DNA from: Eledone cirrhosa
Taxonomy: Eukaryota
Assembly (NCBI GenBank): GCA_964016885.1
Contig: OZ024743.1
Span: 123,194,001 to 123,258,000, forward strand
DNA length: 64,000 bases
Direction: 5' to 3'
In this document: positions 14,326-27,810 of the stretch, one piece after another
How positions within the stretch are numbered: the first letter of the stretch is position 1
Layout: every line of letters begins with the position of its first letter
Position numbers and translations under genes: made by a program
Notes under the pieces: model-generated
Seen by the model: only the letters and a program-made list of their open reading frames with translations
Databases searched by the model: none
What the model was told of the DNA's origin: nothing

Positions 14326-14388
14326 CATAGACACATACACACACACATATATATTTATAGTTTTATATATATTTATATATATATTTGA

Positions 14389-14491
<103 letters not shown>

Positions 14492-14671
14492 TATAGATAC
14501 AGACATACATACATACATAGACACACACACACACATTCACACAAGCACACACACAACACAGACACACACACACATATATATATATACTTGTGTAAAATGG
14601 TAGTAGCTATGGTGCTTCCATAGGCGGTATGCCAAAATTAGCACTCAATATTCAACAGAGTAGAGTGTGGA

Positions 14672-14744
<73 letters not shown>

Positions 14745-14989
14745 TATATATAGTGATCTGGTTGAGATCTTCTTAAGGACACGAAAGAAAAAGACTTAGG
14801 CTATCAGATTTACCCAAGTTCTTATTGTAGTCTAGTTCTTATTTTATCGATCCCTATTTGTTGAACAATTAGTATATTGAGTGACGTTAGATACCTAAAC
14901 ACAAACACTGATTTAACAGCTGTAACTGCAAAAATAAACACAGAACCGTACAGAAACATGCACGCGTGCACAAAAATAACACAATGGTA

Positions 14990-15039
<50 letters not shown>

Positions 15040-15048
15040 CATATACAT

Positions 15049-15097
<49 letters not shown>

Positions 15098-15462
15098 CGT
15101 ATGAGTGTGTGTGTTTATTTCAGTTATTGTCAATACTGCTTGCAAAGTATTCAAATGTTGGGTGACTAAATGATTGACTTAACATAATCGATCATATCAA
15201 CCCCAGAACTTACTATTCATGGCTGGTACATATTTTATCGATTTTTGTTTTTATCCGCCAAGTTACGGGACATAAACACAGATGCAAACGTAGACAGATA
15301 CACACACACACACACACACACACACTAAAAAGAACAAAAATCGGTCATCCAAATCATGTTTTGATATTTTACGTATTAAAGGTACCTGTTCACACACAAA
15401 CACACACACATACTTTCCACCACTCCCCCACACACCCTCGGAAATCTCTTCCTACCCACTTT

Positions 15463-15497
15463 TCTCCTGATGAAGGGCTTATGCCCGAAACGTCCCC
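15463..15497 (+). ncRNA. Minimal hammerhead motif
   Basis: CTGATGA-agggc ttat gccc-GAAA-cg-TC; same family as 43745; stem I decayed. Confidence 0.65.
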
Positions 15498-15589
15498 CCA
15501 CCCACTCTCAAAAGCGTGAACCTAATAAACTAATATTTGTACTGCCTCTCTGTCTAAGATTTAATTATATATATATACATATATATATA

Positions 15590-15880
<291 letters not shown>

Positions 15881-15904
15881 CATATATATATATATATATA
15901 TATC

Positions 15905-15991
<87 letters not shown>

Positions 15992-15994
<3 letters not shown>

Positions 15995-16181
15995 AAGAAA
16001 GAGTGGTAAGGAGCCAGCTGGACCATAACACACGAGAGTACTCGATACTTAGGGTAGTAGAGTGGGTAATAGGAAAAGAGTCAGGACCCCGACGGCTGAG
16101 CTCCGGCTATTTCGACAGCTAGATCCGAATCTAGCTGTCGAAATGGCTTGAGCTCAGCCGTCGGGGTCCTGACTCTTTTCC

Positions 16182-16183
<2 letters not shown>
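15992..16183 (-). mobile_element. Hammerhead family A fold-back copy (subfamily)
   Basis: Turn at cagctagat-ccga-atctagctg. Confidence 0.85.
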
Positions 16184-16221
<38 letters not shown>

Positions 16222-16339
16222 ACATATATATATACATATATACATATATACATACATACGTACATATATATACATATATATATATACACACGTACATATA
16301 TATGCATATATATATACATACGTACATATATATACACAT

Positions 16340-16413
<74 letters not shown>

Positions 16414-16488
16414 GTGTGTGTATATATATGTATATATGTATATGTGTATATATATATATGTGTATGTGTGTATATATATGCATATATA

Positions 16489-16661
<173 letters not shown>

Positions 16662-16829
16662 GTATTGTATACTGATCTATCAACAGCTGAATGTCTGTGT
16701 ATACACAAAGAGACATTTAGTTTTTACTACATCAGTGAACAATGTTGTTTTTTAAACAAACAATATATCTGAATCCAGTTTGATCCATGTGTAATGTGTT
16801 AAGTAGATTGATGAACAACATGTATTTAT

Positions 16830-17140
16830 GAATGTCGGGTCTCTTTCGCTTCCGGACAACGGAACTGTCTGGTCATAAAACTAACCTGCAAGTAGCGGAG
16901 TGTTCCACAAACACGTGTACCCTTCATGCAGTTCTAAGTGAGATTCAGCGCGACATTGTGTATGATAAGTCTAACCCTTTATTTGAAACGGCTACAAGTC
17001 ATTTTAGACAGCTGAGTGGACTGGAGTTAACGGGAAATAAAGTGTTTTAATGACACAACGTACTGCCATGAATCGAATCGACGGCCTTTTTTACGATCGT
17101 GAGCCGACCACCGTAACTACTAAGCCACGCGCCTTCGCGG
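16830..17140 (-). mobile_element. tRNA-derived SINE, second family
   Basis: Ends ctaagccacgcgcct (reverse-complemented head); related to 31955-32250. Confidence 0.7.
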
Positions 17141-17262
17141 TGAATAATAATAATGCTGAGCCAATGTAAACAAAGATTGTTTGGAAAAAACAGCACAACT
17201 ATCACCAACAACATTACAGCTGACAGGATTGACCTGCCTTCAATATTATTGATGTTTATTGC

Positions 17263-17302
<40 letters not shown>

Positions 17303-17589
17303 GATGATGAACTGAGAAACAGCATTGATGAAGAAAATAAGTAAGGAAGTATTGTATCTGTTATCACAGCTGACGATAATGTTATCATCATCATCGTCAA
17401 CATTATCGTCGTTGTCATCGTTGTCATCGCTATCGTCATCATCATCATTATCATCTTCATTCCACTTCATCCCCTTCATTTCATCATCATCATCGCCATC
17501 ATATTCACCACCACCACCACCACCACCATCGCCACCTCTACCACCATAATCATCATCATAGCCACCCCCACCATAGCCATCATCTTCAA

Positions 17590-17629
<40 letters not shown>

Positions 17630-18145
17630 GGCATCGTCATCATTAACGTTTGATGTCGTCGATGTTATCTTTTAATAACTATATCATTATAAAAGGGTTA
17701 TTATCTAAACCAACTCATGAATAGATAAATAAATAAGTAAATAAATAAATAAGTAAATAAATAAATAAATAAATACTTAAATAAATAAATAAATAAACTA
17801 ATAAATAAATAAATAAATAAACTAATAAACAAATGAATGAATACATAAAGAACCTCGACAACAGCAACAATGTGTTGTTATAAAGGAAGGTGCACTGACG
17901 CCGTTACTATTCTATTATAGGAATAAAATTAGGAAGTTTTGACACTCATGCTATACGGATGGGTGATTAATATAACACATGAAAAAGTAGATTGGTTGTT
18001 CTTATATGTAGATAAGAAGGGATTCGACATTGTAAATTGTTTATATATAGATAATTAACAAAAATGAAACAAGAGCTACAACAAAAAAATAGTGATATTC
18101 AATGGTGTTTATTTAATAAACAGTCATCGCAGGTTAAATTTAATT

Positions 18146-18545
18146 ATAATAATTGTTTCTAGTTTTGGCACAAGGCCAGCAATTATATACAGTACATTAC
18201 TGGTACTTTATTTTATCAACCTCCGTAGGGCTGGAAGTCAAAGTTAACCTCGGCGGGATTTGAACTCAGATCAATAATGATGAGAATGAAGATGATGTTG
18301 ATGATGATGTTGATGACGATAATGATGATGATGGTGGTGGTGATAATAATAATAATTGGTTTCTGATTTAGGCACAAAGCCAAACATTGGGGGGAGGGGA
18401 GGAAAGTCGGTTAAATCGGACCAGTGCGTTACTGGTACTTTATTTTATCCAACCTGTAAGGATGAAAGGCAAAGCTAACCTAAGCGGGTTTATCTCAAGA
18501 ATGGAAAGACCCGGAATAAATTCCGTAAAGCAATTTATTCGACGC
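18146..18545 (-). mobile_element. Two partial tRNA-SINE copies (18146-18272 and 18350-18545)
   Basis: ggcacaaggccagcaatt...gatgaaaggcaaag motifs. Confidence 0.75.
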
Positions 18546-19006
18546 ACTATAATGACAACAACAACCACAACATCAACAACAACAGTTTGGTGGACTTACC
18601 TGTGAGGAGCCCAAGAATGTAGTAAGTCCGTAGGGTTGTAATAAAAAGTCCTTTGGTGTCCAGCACGAAACGCCGACACACACATGGAAACATTGCCATG
18701 TTCTCTCCTCCACGTCGTTGTTGCAAGTTTTGTAGAAAGAAAATAAAGCTAATATCTATATATATAAGTGTATATATGTGTGTGTGAGTATGTATATGTG
18801 TGTTCGTGTGTTTGGATGTGTTTGAGAGTGCAACTATGCATATAGACGTGTGTGTGTCTGAGCGTGTTTTGATTATGTTTGTGTGGGTAAGTATATTTCA
18901 AGAGAGAGAAAGAAAAGTGAAGCAAGTAATAGCGCGCCTCTTTCCTGCGCTAAGAAAATATGGTCTTTATATATATAAGTATATACATACTTATATATAT
19001 ATATAC

Positions 19007-19080
<74 letters not shown>

Positions 19081-19484
19081 GTGTTTGTGTGTATATATGT
19101 ATGTGTGTGTGCGCGGGTGTGTGTGCGCGGGTGTGTGTGCGCGTGTGTGGGTTTATATAAATGTATTTATAAATTTATCAATGGTTGGTGATATGGTGAT
19201 ATCAAGTAATTACCATGGGTATGTTAAGGCAGTACCCACCCTCGCATTCACTGACATACGCATAAAGTCACGCCTAACTACATCCAGACAGTCATACACA
19301 CACACACACACATACAGATATACACATGCAGCCGGCACACATATCTACAGCTAATAGTCAAATATTGACTACGGCAATATACAGCAGACGCCGGTTCGAA
19401 ATGTTTGTTGATTTCAGTGCATTTCAGCCTTACATCCGAGTAGTTGTAGTAGAACTACTACCACCACCACTACTACCACCACTA

Positions 19485-19544
<60 letters not shown>

Positions 19545-19745
19545 TTACTACTACTACTACTACTTATAAATTGTTATGATAATTACATATATATATATGT
19601 GTGTGTGTATGTGTGTAAGAGAGAGAGAGATAAATAGATATAAAGATAGATAGATAAATAGATAAATAAATAGATAGATAGATAGATATAAAGATAGATA
19701 GATAAATAGATAAATAAATAGATAGATAGATAGATAGATAGATAT

Positions 19746-20238
19746 ATTTCTTTATTAGCCACAGGGGCACAAAAGAAGGGGACAAATACAAAGGGGGAAG
19801 TTTACATACAATAAAAACGTGTAAAATGTTATCACAGATGGAATTTAAAAGTTAGTCGATTTTCCCCAATAGAGGGAGACAGTTTATATGGGTAACACAG
19901 ACCCCCGAAAAAAATGTGCAACCCTCATCTCCAGGAGTACGAAGAGCTTGTACTCCTTTCCTCTCCTCCTCCTTTTCCTCAACCTACAGGCTGATATAGA
20001 GAGAAGGCCCATTCACTCGGGCCATTCTCGCCACTTTCACCCACCTTTCATAAAACTTGCTGGGGTACAGCACCTCTCTCTCCATCCTGATTCTTCTTCC
20101 AAAGTGGTATTTGAAAAAAAGAATCAGTTGTTGGCCGGAGAGAAAGGTGTCTGACCTCAGCCCTTTCAACCTTGTCCACCATACAACCTCTTTCGCCATA
20201 GCTATCACACAAAGGAAAACCGCCTCTCCTTCGTTTTT
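19746..20238 (-). mobile_element. 3' end of a Tx1/L1-clade LINE inserted in (GATA)n
   Basis: Translates to AMAKEVVWWTRLKG...FFKYHFGRRIRMERE...FYERW; AATAAA at the 3' end; GATA repeats on both sides; second copy at 49105. Confidence 0.7.
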
Positions 20239-20999
20239 AGATAGATAGATAGATAAATAGATAGATAGAGAGATAGATGCTAAAAATTTAATAATAGGTA
20301 TTTAAATGCTTTTCTAAGTCTGTTACCTACACCGAAAAAAAAAAAAACGTACACACCGCATATATATACATTAATATTACATTAATATGAATATAGATAT
20401 ATACAATACATATCTACATAACATCCAAACCGACCCATTCTGTTGTTTGTGTGTGCCCGTGTGCCCATGTGCCCGTGTGCCCTACCAAGGTAGCTAATGT
20501 CAATGGCTCAGACAGGTTGAGGAGTCGGCAACTTGGCTTAGAATGTCCCAGTAACTTTCAGAAACTCACACACGCACACACACATATACACACCCATTTT
20601 TCTTTCTCCTCTCATTTACGTCTTCTCTTCTCTCTTTCACATTGCTCATAGGGTGCGCGTGTGTATGTGTTTGAGTGTATTAATGTGTGTATGTGTTTAT
20701 GTGTATGTGTGTGCGTCTGTGCGGTTTTCCTTCGTTCTTTGTGTTATTTACGTTTTCCTTTTAAGTTCCCATAGCGTGTTTTCCTTGACACTGGGAATCA
20801 CTAGTATTTTCCTCCGCTTCTGTAGTGTCGACACAAACAAACCCTGTTGCGTTCCTATTTCTTTCTCTCTGTCTTTCTTTCTCTTGCTCACTCTCAGTCT
20901 GTCTGTCTGTCTCTCTGTCTGTCAGTCTCCCTGCAATAACCATAACAGGCATGAGGAAGTAAGTATGCAATGAGAAAGAGAAACTAACAAAAACAACAG

Positions 21000-21133
<134 letters not shown>

Positions 21134-21169
21134 GTATACACACACAGACACATATATATATATATATAT

Positions 21170-21266
21170 ATTTATCCCGGGTTCAATCGGGGATAACAAC
21201 AGTAAGTTAGGTACTCAATACATAGCAGAGTATAAATATTTAATAGAGAAATGGCTTCTACAGGAC

Positions 21267-21270
<4 letters not shown>
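21170..21270 (-). mobile_element. Truncated copy of the 55778 hammerhead family
   Basis: Matches 55868-55945; starts near the predicted cleavage site; TA flanks. Confidence 0.7.
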
Positions 21271-21289
<19 letters not shown>

Positions 21290-21299
<10 letters not shown>

Positions 21300-21535
21300 A
21301 GAACAAAAGATGGTTAAAGGAGTTCCATGTATTTTATTATGCGCATTTCAAAAACAAATATCATCATGCAATAATATTTGTGTTTTCATCAGATAAAATA
21401 CATAATAAAATACATGGAACTCCTTTAACCATCTTTTGTTCTTATATATTATGTATACTCCAGTCCTACAAACTGTAGAGTGCTTCTTATCCGATATCTG
21501 CATTGCTTTATTGTACTACAATAAAACTCACCTCC

Positions 21536-21540
<5 letters not shown>
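21290..21540. mobile_element. Fold-back cassette enclosing a hammerhead
   Basis: Arms 21290-21340 and 21401-21452; tail to 21540. Confidence 0.75.
21328..21402 (-). ncRNA. Type I hammerhead motif with 10-bp stem I
   Basis: tgtattttat-CTGATGA-aaac acaaatat...atatttgt tttt-GAAA-tgcgca-TA-ataaaataca. Confidence 0.85.
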
Positions 21541-21576
<36 letters not shown>

Positions 21577-21852
21577 CCACATCTAACTATGCTAGTTATA
21601 CGTAAAGTCTCTTCTTAAAACTGATTGTTTCATAGTTCCAATCTAGTCATCATCAATTTTTGCCTGCCACTCTTTCCTGCGATCTCTTCACACACACACT
21701 CTCTCTCTTTTTCTCCTTTCTACCCCCTTTTGAATCACTCGTTCATATATTTTCGTATAACCGAGGGTTATACTTTCGTATAACCCTCTTTCTTTATCCC
21801 CCCCCTCTCTCACCATCTCTCTCTCTCTTTCTCTCTCTACACACACATATGC

Positions 21853-21908
<56 letters not shown>

Positions 21909-21919
21909 GTGTGTGTGTG

Positions 21920-22017
21920 AAAAGTGACAGTGATTTCGAAGTTTCAGTTTTGTCTCTTCCACTCTCTTTCTCTCTTTCTTCTCTTTTTCTCTCTCTACAC
22001 ACACACGCGCACACACA

Positions 22018-22064
<47 letters not shown>

Positions 22065-22133
22065 AGAGAGAGAGAGGGGGTGGGGGAGAGTTGAAGGGAC
22101 AAAGCTGAAACTTCGAAATCACTGCCACTTTTC
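21920..22133. repeat. MITE-like inverted repeat with a mirror-symmetric microsatellite core
   Basis: gaaaagtgacagtgatttcgaagtttcag...ctgaaacttcgaaatcactgccacttttc around (TC)(CA)(TA)(TG)(GA). Confidence 0.7.
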
Positions 22134-22254
22134 TACTTAGAACATATATTTCTACAGTCTACCCAACAGTATTGAGTGCTTACTCAGTAAAATGTTTGAA
22201 TGCTACCATACGTTAATAACACCACATATTCTCATATATACAGTATATATGTGC

Positions 22255-22302
<48 letters not shown>

Positions 22303-22479
22303 TTACACTTACACACAGACATATACACCTCATTTTCTCATTCACTCACTTCCTTTCTTTCTTCATATAGACATACACACTTTTCATCCATCATTTTCTG
22401 ATATTCAGAATTTTGTCTCTTGATCTATCTGTCAATCTAATTTGTCCCTCTGAGAATATCTTCTCTTTCTCACTCTCTC

Positions 22480-22497
22480 TTACTCTCTCTCTCCCTC

Positions 22498-22546
<49 letters not shown>

Positions 22547-22622
22547 TTCACTCTAACTATCTATCTATCTAACTATCTAACTATTTATTTATCTCATCTA
22601 CCTATCTACCTCACTCACTATA

Positions 22623-22701
<79 letters not shown>

Positions 22702-22754
22702 CTACCTATCTACCTCACTCACTATATCTTTCTCTATATATATATATCTCTCTC

Positions 22755-22823
<69 letters not shown>

Positions 22824-23200
22824 ATATCTATCTGCCTATCCCCCACTCCCTCTCTACTATCCTTTGTCTCCCTCATTCTCCCTCATTCTCCGTCTGTTTC
22901 AGTCTCTCTCACGTGTAGACGTAGTCTTTACCACGCTCTATTTATCTTCACTTCCCCCTCATCTCTCTTTCTTTCTGCCTCTCTCATTGACTCATTCTTT
23001 TCCACACTCTCTCTCTCTCTCTCTTCTCCCACTGTCTTTCTCATTATCACTCTCTATATACGTTTGTGCGCCTATGTATGTATGTATGTATGTATGTATG
23101 TATGTATGTATGTATGTATGTATGTATGTATGTATGACTATATGTATGTATGTATGCATGTATGTATGTATGCATGTATGTATTATGAATATATGTATGA

Positions 23201-23233
<33 letters not shown>

Positions 23234-23299
23234 TGTATGTATTTATGTATGTATGTGTGTATGTGTGTATGAATATATGTATGTATGTATGTATGTATG

Positions 23300-23332
<33 letters not shown>

Positions 23333-23348
23333 GTGTATGTGTGTATGA

Positions 23349-23413
<65 letters not shown>

Positions 23414-23440
23414 TGTATGTATGTATGTATATATGTATGA

Positions 23441-23473
<33 letters not shown>

Positions 23474-24756
23474 TGTATTTATATATGTATGTGTGTATGT
23501 ATGCATGCATGTATGTATGTGTGTATATATGTATGAATATATGTATATATGTGTGTATGCATGCATGTATGTATATACGTATGTATATATGTATATATGT
23601 GTGTATATATATATGTATGTATGTGTGTCTGTCTATCTATCTATCCATCTACGTATCTATGAATGTGTGTACGTTTGTATGTATGTGTGTGTATATGTGT
23701 GTATGACTGTGTGAGTGTATGTGTGTGTATTTCTGTTTGTGTGCGTGTGTGTATGTGTGTGCGTGTGTTTTTGTGTGTATGTGTGTGTGTGTATATGTAT
23801 GTGTGTGTGTATCTGTATATGCGTGTGTGTGTGCGTGTGTATCTCTATATGTGTGTGTGTATATGTGTGTTTGTGTGTGTGTGTGTGTGTGTGTATCTGT
23901 ATATGTGTGTGTGTGTGTGTGTGCGGGTGTATCTGTATATGTGTGTGCGTGTGTGTATCTGTATGTATGTGTGTGCGTGTGTTTTTGTGTGTGTGTGTGT
24001 GTGGGTGTATCTGTATGCGTGTGTGTGTGTGGGTGTGTTTGTATGTGTGCGTGTGCGTGTGTATCTGTATATGTGTGTGCGTGTGTGTATATGTGTGTGT
24101 GTATGTGTGTGCTTGTGTTTTTGTGTGTGTATGTGTGTGTGTGTATCTGTATGTGTGTGTGTGTATATCTGTATATGTGTGTGTGTGTGTGTGTTTGTAT
24201 GTGTGTGTGTGCGTGTGTATCTGTATATGTGTGTGTGTGTGTTTGTGTGTGTATGTGTATGTGTATGTGTGTGTGTGTATCTGTATATGTGTGTGTGTTT
24301 GTATGTGTGTGTGTGCGTGTGTATCTGTATATGTGTGTGTGTGTGTGTGCAGGCACCTTTAATATGTAAAATATCAAAACATGATTTGGATGACCGATTT
24401 TTGTTTTTCATCTCAAACTATGAAAGATGTGGAGAAGTAAATGTATGTGAAGCATGAATTGCTTAGTTGTGACTTCCAGCTTCAAATGTTGACTTGGGGA
24501 GAGAGTGAGAGGGAGAGGGAGTGGGATAGAGAGGGGGGAGAGGAGAGAGATAGGGTATGTGTGTGTGTGAGGAATAGGAGAGAAAATGATAGGAGAGAGT
24601 GAGGGGGAGAGGATAGAGAGAAGGAGAAGAGAGAGATGGGGAGCGGAGAGCGGAGAGAGGAGAGAAAAGTGAGGGTCGGAATAGACTGGGGGTGATAGTG
24701 AGCGAGAAGAGAGAAAGGAAGAAGAGAGAGGGAGAGGAGAGAGAGAGAGAGAGAAA

Positions 24757-24821
<65 letters not shown>

Positions 24822-24947
24822 GAGAGAGAGAGGTCGGGAGAGAAGGAGAGGAAAGAGAGAGAGAGAGACAGATTGACAGAGAGAGGGCGAGAGAGAGAAG
24901 AGAGGGAGAGGTGAGAGAGCGAGAGAGAGAGAGAAGGAGAGGGAGAG

Positions 24948-24979
<32 letters not shown>

Positions 24980-25007
24980 GAGGAGAGAGAGAGGCCGAGA
25001 GAGAATG

Positions 25008-25070
<63 letters not shown>
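22480..25070. repeat. Compound microsatellite block: (TC)n/(TATC)n, (TATG)n, (TG)n, (GA)n
   Basis: Seen directly in the sequence. Confidence 0.95.
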
Positions 25071-25402
25071 AGTTAGATATATAGATAAATAGACATGAAG
25101 AGTGAGAGTGAGATGGACAAAGAGAGTGTGAAATAGATACAACTATAAAGCGATAGTGGGTGAAAGAAAGGATAAGGAGAGATGATACGATAGATAGTAA
25201 CAGAGGCAGCATGCTATCCGTGATACTGTTAGAGGGATATAGTAATAGACGAGAGAAATGGGTGGAAGTGAGAGTGTTGTACCTAGAGAGAGGAGAAGGG
25301 TGTTTGCGCGTGTTTCTGTTGTGGTCCTACAACGAACGTGTATCCCGGAACCGCATGCGCATGTATATGTATATTTGTGTATATGTAACTCTGTGTTTAC
25401 TC

Positions 25403-25446
<44 letters not shown>

Positions 25447-25627
25447 CGTGTGCGTGTGTGTGCGTGTGTGTGTGTGGCATGTATATTTTGCCTGTTTCAT
25501 TTGATGTCGAATAAGAAAAAGTGCGTGGATCTCTACAAATCACACACGCGCTCTGTGTGTATATATATATATGTGTGTTTGTGTATGCGCAGGGCAGTGC
25601 CTGTTTAAAATGGACAAGAAAGGCGTA

Positions 25628-25659
<32 letters not shown>

Positions 25660-25663
<4 letters not shown>

Positions 25664-25885
25664 AACGAGTAGGACCCCGACGGCTGAGCTCAAGCCGTTT
25701 CGACGGCTAATTCTGGACTTTTTTTTTCTTTTTTTTTCTTTTTTTAGTCCAGAATTAGCCGTCGAAACGGCTTGAGCTCAGCCGTCGGGGTCCTACTCGT
25801 TCCTATTACCCACTCTACTACTCTAAGTATTGAGTACTCTGGTGCGTTATGGTCCATCTGGTTCCTTACCTCACTTCCTTCGTTA
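25660..25885 (+). mobile_element. Hammerhead family A fold-back copy with T-rich loop
   Basis: gacggctaattctggact-(T-rich)-agtccagaattagccgtc-GAAA. Confidence 0.9.
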
Positions 25886-25975
25886 TATATATATATATAT
25901 ATATATATCATTATAAGTATGATACCACGGAAAACAAGAAGAACTCTCTCTCTCGTCTCTCTCTCTCTATATATA

Positions 25976-26191
<216 letters not shown>

Positions 26192-26444
26192 GCCTCGGTG
26201 CGTGTTTGTGTATGTGGGTGTAATGCAACACATATACAAACATATCACATAGAATTATTTGCTATATTTCTTCCAGTTCTTTGAGGTAAACTTCGCCTTT
26301 CATCCTTTCGAGGTAGAAAAAAAGAATGTCAGGCTAGTACTTCTCTATCTTTTGCTCACTCCATCTCTGGGAGAAATCAGCTGTGTTCACGCGTGGAGGT
26401 TTAAAATGTCTGAGACTGGTCCCTCAGAAGTTACGGGTCCATGA

Positions 26445-26475
<31 letters not shown>

Positions 26476-26542
26476 CATACATACATACATACATACATAC
26501 ATACATACATACATACATACATACATACATACAGACATACAT

Positions 26543-27131
26543 GATGGCTGCCCCCTCGTTATCGAGTATTACCATTGCACGATATAATATTATTAATAAT
26601 TATTAATTAATTCTATCGTGCAATGCCTGTGCGTGAAGATATTCTTTTAAAGTCAGGAAAGACTGTGCACTGGGCCAATCCCACTCTCTGAGCGACAGTA
26701 GCTATAACCCGAAAAGAACTAGTAACTAGTGAGCCGCAGGTTTTAAGTAGGAGTTATCCCAGTTTCCTGAGTTGCCTTCTCCTAGAAGAATGCCCTGACA
26801 AATGCTAGGGCTCCTTCACTCCCCAGTGGTTTAACCGCGCGATCGGGTGTCCAGCCTGACTCTTTCTATGTCCCCGCGCATATACATACACATGCACCCA
26901 TGTATATACACATATACATATACATACATATGTACATGTGTATATACATATTTACACACTTTTGGATAGCTGTTGACTCTTATGAGTTCTTCCGCCCTTT
27001 GTCAGGTTTTGTTTTTTATCCTGCAGGATGTCCAAAATCACCCTCCTTATCAAGTAAACTTTGTTGCTGGTTTAGTCACCAACGACCCGACCATGCGACA
27101 GGTTGTATTGGGTTACATGTTACTAGTGACC
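26543..27131 (-). mobile_element. Non-autonomous RTE-derived element, type A
   Basis: Reverse complement of 5978-6595; flanked by (CATA)n. Confidence 0.75.
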
Positions 27132-27205
27132 ATACATACATACATACATACATACATACATACATACATACATACATACATACATACATACATACATACA
27201 TACAT

Positions 27206-27790
27206 GATGGCTGCCAACTCGTTTTCGAGTACGGCCACTACTTTATATCCATGTAGGAGAACCCCTACCGATGCGCTGAACGAGTGTGACTTTTTAGTCC
27301 AGCCAGCGACTTGGAAACTCTGGTACAAACACTACACTTGCGACAATTATTGACACATAGTGCTGGGCCAATGTGATGACAAGTGCAGAAAGATCTCCAG
27401 ATATAAAGCAATGCCTGTGCTGTGAAGCTTTTATAGTGAGCAAAGGCACTGCACAAAGCCAGTCCCACTCTCTTAACCAAGATGATATTTACCAAAAAGA
27501 AGAACATGTCAACATCATTGGATACCATCAGGGTTGCAGGTGTTATATCAGAGTTTTCCCTCTGCCTTGACAAAGGCTGAGGGGTCATCTCTCCCGGTGA
27601 TTTTGAGTGGCCATTGACTCTTAAGAGCCCCTTTTCCCTTTGACAGGTTTTGTTTTTAGTCCTGCAGTCCAAAGTCACCCTCCTCACCAAGAAACCTTGG
27701 TAGGGTTGCCAGTTTAGTCGCCAACGACCCGACCATGGGACAGGTTGTACTGGGATACATGTTACCAGTAGCACCAACTGGTGACCTGAC
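27206..27790 (-). mobile_element. Non-autonomous RTE-derived element, type B
   Basis: Shares ends with type A; retains the RTE C-terminal zinc finger CSVCTRVSKSLAGLKSHTRSAH; (TATG)n tail. Confidence 0.75.
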
Positions 27791-27810
27791 AGACATGCAT
27801 ACATACATAC

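Noticed and set aside
17047-17640. Poly-Asp/Ser/Pro/Asn ORFs
   Set aside because: These are trinucleotide microsatellites (GTT, CAT, CCA) without splice or codon support.
27265-27804. 179-aa ORF as a host zinc-finger gene
   Set aside because: It lies within a multicopy RTE-derived repeat; only the terminal C2H2 remnant is meaningful.
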